Assembly (NCBI GenBank): GCA_030141605.1
Contig: JAQGDQ010000150.1
Coordinates: 418,627 to 482,626, forward strand
DNA: 64,000 nt
Direction: 5' to 3'
DNA from: Tubiluchus corallicola
Lineage: Eukaryota > Animalia > Priapulida
Shown: positions 59,800 to 64,000 of the stretch, piece by piece
Numbering within the stretch: position 1 is the stretch's first letter
Layout: the number at the start of each line of letters is the position of its first letter
Made by a program: the position numbers and the translations under genes
The notes under the pieces: model-generated
Database searches by the model: none
Seen by the model: the letters and a program-made list of their open reading frames with translations, nothing else
Told to the model about the DNA's origin: nothing

Positions 59800-60680
59800 A
59801 ATTGCAAGCGGGTGGATGTTTTATACAGGTACCTGGGCAGATCAAATGAAATTAGCCTTTATGAAACTAAATTTGCTTGTCAGCTTTAATCGAGTTAAAT
59901 TACTCTGTAATCTGTATGTCATAGGTCTTGGCGTAATAATGTAAATAGTATAAGCCCAAATCCTGAAAAAATGTTTCTATAAAGTTCTGCAGGCGTTTTT
60001 TGTAAAAGTGGGCAAGATAGCCAATCTTATCAATTTGATTAGGCTGAATCTGAAAAAAAGCAGTTGCTAGCTCGAAAAATTAGCGGAAAAATGCAAAAAA
60101 CAAAATGGCCGCCACGTTTTGGCACAAGCAAGGTAATGAAAAGAAATTGTCTGAAAATTAGCATTAAAAGGCCATTATGACATATATTTCAGGGTAGTTG
60201 AACCCATTTCTGTCATTTTCATTTCTAAAATGGCGACCGTATTCAAAATGCTAGACTAGATTGACCAGCAAGATTTCTATTGCTAGCATATAAAGGCGAC
60301 ATCACAGTTCTCAGAGCAGATAAGATCATGATTTTGGTGCGTATATGTAATTTTTCAAGGTCAAGGAATCCACGTGTGGTGCTAGGGCAATGATCAATGC
60401 CAGGCCAAACAATAACCTGCCTACCATAACAATATCTATCATTCTTCTGGTGTACCCCAACAATGTAGTATATGTTGGAGGAATTGTCACCAAAAAACTT
60501 TTCTTTTCTAGTGAACAAGCCTTTATATAATTTGCAAACTAACACCAATGCGCTAGATTTGTCATACAGGAGTACAACAAAACATTCCAGCACAGGAATG
60601 AGTTCAGTTAATAGTTTTGCTCTAGTAATGTTAGTTAAAGGTATAGCAGAGCTGATTTTTTAGAATCAATGGCATTCGCA
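59800..60680 (-). mobile_element. DNA transposon remnant resembling the Academ (AcademX) transposase C-terminal region plus subterminal sequence
   Basis: Minus strand LIPVLECFVVLLYDKSS...LFTRKEK, then after a frameshift LVTIPPTYTTLLGYTRR...AGYC. This matches the LERFVVLLYD..S / IPPT..AL.QH.KRA.YQAG pattern that I recall downstream of the XPG-like domain. Adjacent AAAATGGC(C/G) motifs. Superfamily assignment is from memory; boundaries approximate. Confidence 0.5.
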
Positions 60681-60699
60681 TTTTCTTGTATATAAGAGA

Positions 60700-62940
60700 G
60701 GGCCTTGTCGTGGAGCTGATGTGGGCTCTGACCACCACCTAGTTCAAGGAAAAGTGCAGCTCAAACTGAAAAAGATACAAAAGCCAAAAATCACAAGACC
60801 TTTTGCGGTTGAAAACCTGAAAGACCAACAAAAAGCAAGGAGTTTTGAACTTGCACTTAGCAACAAATTTGAACCACTACTACAAGCCAACGATATTGAA
60901 GAACAGTGGAAAATATTCAAAGAAGCAGTAACAGCAGTTGCAGATGAACAGATCGGCAGAAGAAGGGGTAACAGAAAAGAAATGTGGATACAAGAAAAAA
61001 CTTGGGAATTAATTGCTGAAAGAAAGAAGACCAAGCAAAAACACCAGAAAGCAGGAGTCAAGCCAATGAGCAGTACCAACTGGCAGATAGAGCAGTAAAA
61101 AGACGTTGCAGGAGGGACAAGAACGAATGGTTTGAAAAGAAGGGTGAAGAAGCACAGTTAGCAGCCAGCCATAATGATACCAAGACTCTCTACAGAATTG
61201 TTAAAGATCTAACGGGAACAGGAGGTACCCCAGCTGTGCCAATCAAGAACAAAAGTGGTGTGACTCTCACAACAACAGAACAGCAAAACGCACGATGGGT
61301 GGAACACTTCAAGGAAGTTCTCAACCAGCCAAACCCAACAACATTATTCAATTTTGAGAATGAAATTGGACAACAACAGCTAGATGTAAGATTGGACAAC
61401 ATCAGTGAACTGGAAGTCGAAACTGCCATCAAAAAACTAAAGAACAACAAAGCAGCTGGAGAGGACCAAATAACAGCTGAGCTCCTAAAACACGGTAATA
61501 AAGGGATAACACGATCAATGACAAAGCTCCTGAACAGCTGCTGGGAACAACAAAAGGTCCCCGAAGATTGGAGAAATGGAGTCATCGTGAAGTTGCCTAA
61601 AAAAGGGAACCTGACAGATTGCAATAATTGGAGAGGAATAACTCTGATGTCAATACCTGGAAAAGTCCTGAGTATAGTGCTGCTAGATCGGTTGAGAGAT
61701 GCTGTTGATATAAGACTAAGAGAACAACAAGCTGGATTTAGAAAAGGAAGATCATGCTGTGAACAGATATTCACTCTCAGAAACATCATTGAGCAATGTA
61801 TGGAATTCCAACAGCCCTTATTAATCAATTTTATTGATTTCAAGAAGGCTTTTGACTCTGTTCACAGGCAGTCTCTATGGAAAATTGCTTCTCTGTATGG
61901 TATCCCACAGAAATTCATTTCAACCATCCAGAACTTTTACCAAAACAGCGGCTGTTGTATAAGAACACAAGAGGGAAACACCGAGTATTTCACCATCGAA
62001 ACTGGAGTTAAGCAGGGTTGCATTATGTCGCCATTCCTGTTCCTACTGACGATTGATTTCATCATGAACAAGGCGGTTGATGGTAAAGATCTAGGAATGC
62101 AATGGAAACAACAACAACGATTGGCAGATCTGGACTTTGCTGAAGATATAGCTCTTCTGGAAACATCAAAAGAAAGCCTGCAACAACTGACCACAAGTAT
62201 GGAAGAAGTAGCGGGAAAAATTGGATTGAGAATTAGTCAAGAAAACACCAAAGTTTTGAAAGTGTGGACAAACCAACAGAATGATGTACATATAACAGTG
62301 GGAGGCCAAATGGTTAAGAACGTTACCAGTTTTTCATATCTAGGCAGTGTGATGACCTGTAATGGAGGTACAGAAAATGACATCAGGGGGAGAATCGGCA
62401 AAGCAACAGCAGTATTTAGGAAGATGGGAAAAATCTGGACAAGCAAGAAAATTGACATGAAAATCAAACTTCGTCTGTACAACGCCATTGTGCTGCCAAC
62501 GGCTCTCTATGCCAGCGAAACCTGGAAAGTCACAGCGGAGTTATCAAAGAAACTGAACGTCTTCCACCAAAAATGCCTTCGAAAGATACTAAAAATCTCC
62601 TACCGCGACCATGTCACCAATGTAGAAGTTCTTCAACGAGCGCAGTCATTGCGGTTACAAGATATAGTTACAGAGAGAAGAATGAAACTGGCTGGACATA
62701 TTCTCCGTCTATCAGAAAGTCGCTACGCCAAAACAGCAGCACAGTGGGAACCACCTGGTGGGAAACGAAAAAGAGGTCGGCCAAAAACAACGTGGCGCAG
62801 ATCCTTCAAAGAAGACCTTCGAGCTGTCAACAGACGTTGGGAAAACGTAGAGAACGAAGCCGCCGATAGAACTCAGTGGAAAATGCTGTCTGCCCAATGT
62901 GCATCAATGCGCAGGAAGGACTAAGGTCTAAGGTAAGGTC
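60700..62940 (+). mobile_element. 5'-truncated RTE-clade LINE, presumably within an upstream SLC20 intron, antisense to the host
   Basis: Starts at the end of the APE domain (RGADVGSDHHLV), has one frameshift near 61040-61060, then an open frame to TAA 62924. Very short 3' UTR of TAAGG(TC) repeats, typical of RTE. No TSD seen. Confidence 0.92.
61236..62924 (+). CDS. RTE-type reverse transcriptase ORF (part of the truncated element)
   Basis: 562-aa ORF with KAAGEDQITAELLK, KKGNLTDCNNWRGITL, QAGFRKGRSC, FIDFKKAFDSV, GVKQGCIMSP, LDFAEDIALL, FSYLGS, LYASETW, GKRKRGRPKTTW. Confidence 0.85.
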   Translation: MPIKNKSGVTLTTTEQQNARWVEHFKEVLNQPNPTTLFNFENEIGQQQLDVRLDNISELEVETAIKKLKNNKAAGEDQITAELLKHGNKGITRSMTKLLNSCWEQQKVPEDWRNGVIVKLPKKGNLTDCNNWRGITLMSIPGKVLSIVLLDRLRDAVDIRLREQQAGFRKGRSCCEQIFTLRNIIEQCMEFQQPLLINFIDFKKAFDSVHRQSLWKIASLYGIPQKFISTIQNFYQNSGCCIRTQEGNTEYFTIETGVKQGCIMSPFLFLLTIDFIMNKAVDGKDLGMQWKQQQRLADLDFAEDIALLETSKESLQQLTTSMEEVAGKIGLRISQENTKVLKVWTNQQNDVHITVGGQMVKNVTSFSYLGSVMTCNGGTENDIRGRIGKATAVFRKMGKIWTSKKIDMKIKLRLYNAIVLPTALYASETWKVTAELSKKLNVFHQKCLRKILKISYRDHVTNVEVLQRAQSLRLQDIVTERRMKLAGHILRLSESRYAKTAAQWEPPGGKRKRGRPKTTWRRSFKEDLRAVNRRWENVENEAADRTQWKMLSAQCASMRRKD

Positions 62941-63125
62941 AACTTGATTTAACCATGCCTCAACATGATTTAACTATGGCTCAACTGGATTTAGCTGTGG
63001 CTCAACTTGATTTGACTGTGACTCAACTTGATTTGACTATGACTCAACTTGATTTAACTATGGCTCAACTTGATTTAACTATGGCAAAACTTGATTTAGC
63101 TATGCCTCAACTTGATTTAACTATG
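62939..63125. repeat. 21-bp minisatellite (TCAACTTGATTTAACTATGGC), about 9 units
   Basis: Directly visible; begins immediately after the RTE tail. Confidence 0.92.
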
Positions 63126-63204
63126 AATGCAACAGTAAGCACACAATGTGATTTTGCACAAACCTGTATAGAACTACTGTATAGATCAACAAAAAGCATG
63201 ATTA

Positions 63205-63580
63205 AAAGACACAACAATATGACACAACAATATGTCACAACAATAAGTCACAACAGTATGTCACAACAATATGACATAACAATATGACCTAATAATATGA
63301 CACAACAATATGCCACAACAGTATGTCACAACAACATGACACAACAATATGACCTCATAATATGACACAACAATATGACACAACAATATGTCACAACAAT
63401 ATGACACAACAATATGTCACGACAATATGACAGAACAATATGTCACAACAGTATGTCACAATAATATGACACAACAATATGACCTAATAATATGACACAA
63501 CAATATGACACAACAATATGACACAACAATATGTCACGGCAATATGTCACAACAATATGACACAACAATATGTCACAACT
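63205..63580. repeat. 15/16-bp minisatellite (ACAACAATATG(T)(A/C)C)n
   Basis: Directly visible; more than 20 units with GAC/GTCAC variants. Confidence 0.92.
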
Positions 63581-64000
63581 CACCTGGATAAGACCTATAA
63601 GCAGCTGGGGAATTATCTAATATAAAGATACTGGAAAGATCGCTGTGTATCGCTGATAGGTCTTTCGTATAACTACCAAATTCTAACGTGCAATGCTGAA
63701 ATGAACAAGAAAAATCTTAAAAATCCGGGTAGCAGGTACTCCAGGGCCTCTCGGTATTCAGCAGCAAACTCGCGCACATCAGGGTAACACGCCTATCTTG
63801 GCAGTAACTTCATTTTCTAATATGGTAACAAATGCCACCACTTTTTTTATTGGTTTGTATTGCAATAGTAGCTGCCCCATAGTAAATGGTAGGTTTAACT
63901 GCACTCATATCTCGGTTTGCTGCACAAAGCTGGGAGACGTCGGACTGAATTTGCCGATTGTCTGTATTTACCAATACCAAGCTAATGCAGTAGGCACCGT

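Noticed and set aside
62955-63287. Leucine-zipper-like QLDLTMA heptad ORF
   Set aside because: A 21-bp minisatellite gives a 7-aa period automatically; no splice or homology support.
62939-63580. CRISPR-like array
   Set aside because: Units are head-to-tail with no unique spacers, there are no cas genes, and the context is eukaryotic.
58330-64000. Search for the SLC20 first coding exon (GANDVAN motif)
   Set aside because: Not found on the minus strand; assumed to lie beyond the window rather than lost, so the gene is not called a pseudogene.

Overview
AT-rich genomic DNA from an animal (probably an invertebrate; taxon not determinable here) with spliceosomal introns and two convergent genes. 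(1) + strand, <2..35832: an almost complete VPS13B (COH1) lipid-transfer protein gene. I traced 48 phase-consistent exons by hand, totalling 11,946 nt (about 3,980 codons); only the extreme N-terminus lies outside the window. (2) - strand, 39486..>58329: an SLC20/PiT Na+-phosphate cotransporter gene with 11 exons traced; its first coding exon(s) were not found and probably lie beyond the window. The introns hold many mobile elements: a near full-length decayed I-group/Jockey-like LINE, a young 5'-truncated RTE, an inverted pair of Helitron-like elements, pogo- and Kolobok-like MITEs, an Academ-like transposase remnant, CR1-group fragments, and micro/minisatellites. I found no rRNA, tRNA, CRISPR array or clearly novel multi-gene system. 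The best leads are small-scale and are hypotheses from reading the sequence only: a 9x (S/T)Pxx ladder in the PiT loop with a possible in-frame route to splice it out, a duplicated splice acceptor giving a stop-codon isoform, candidate phospho-FFAT and DSGxxS motifs in VPS13B, a GC-AG intron, and a perfect 22-bp intronic hairpin.
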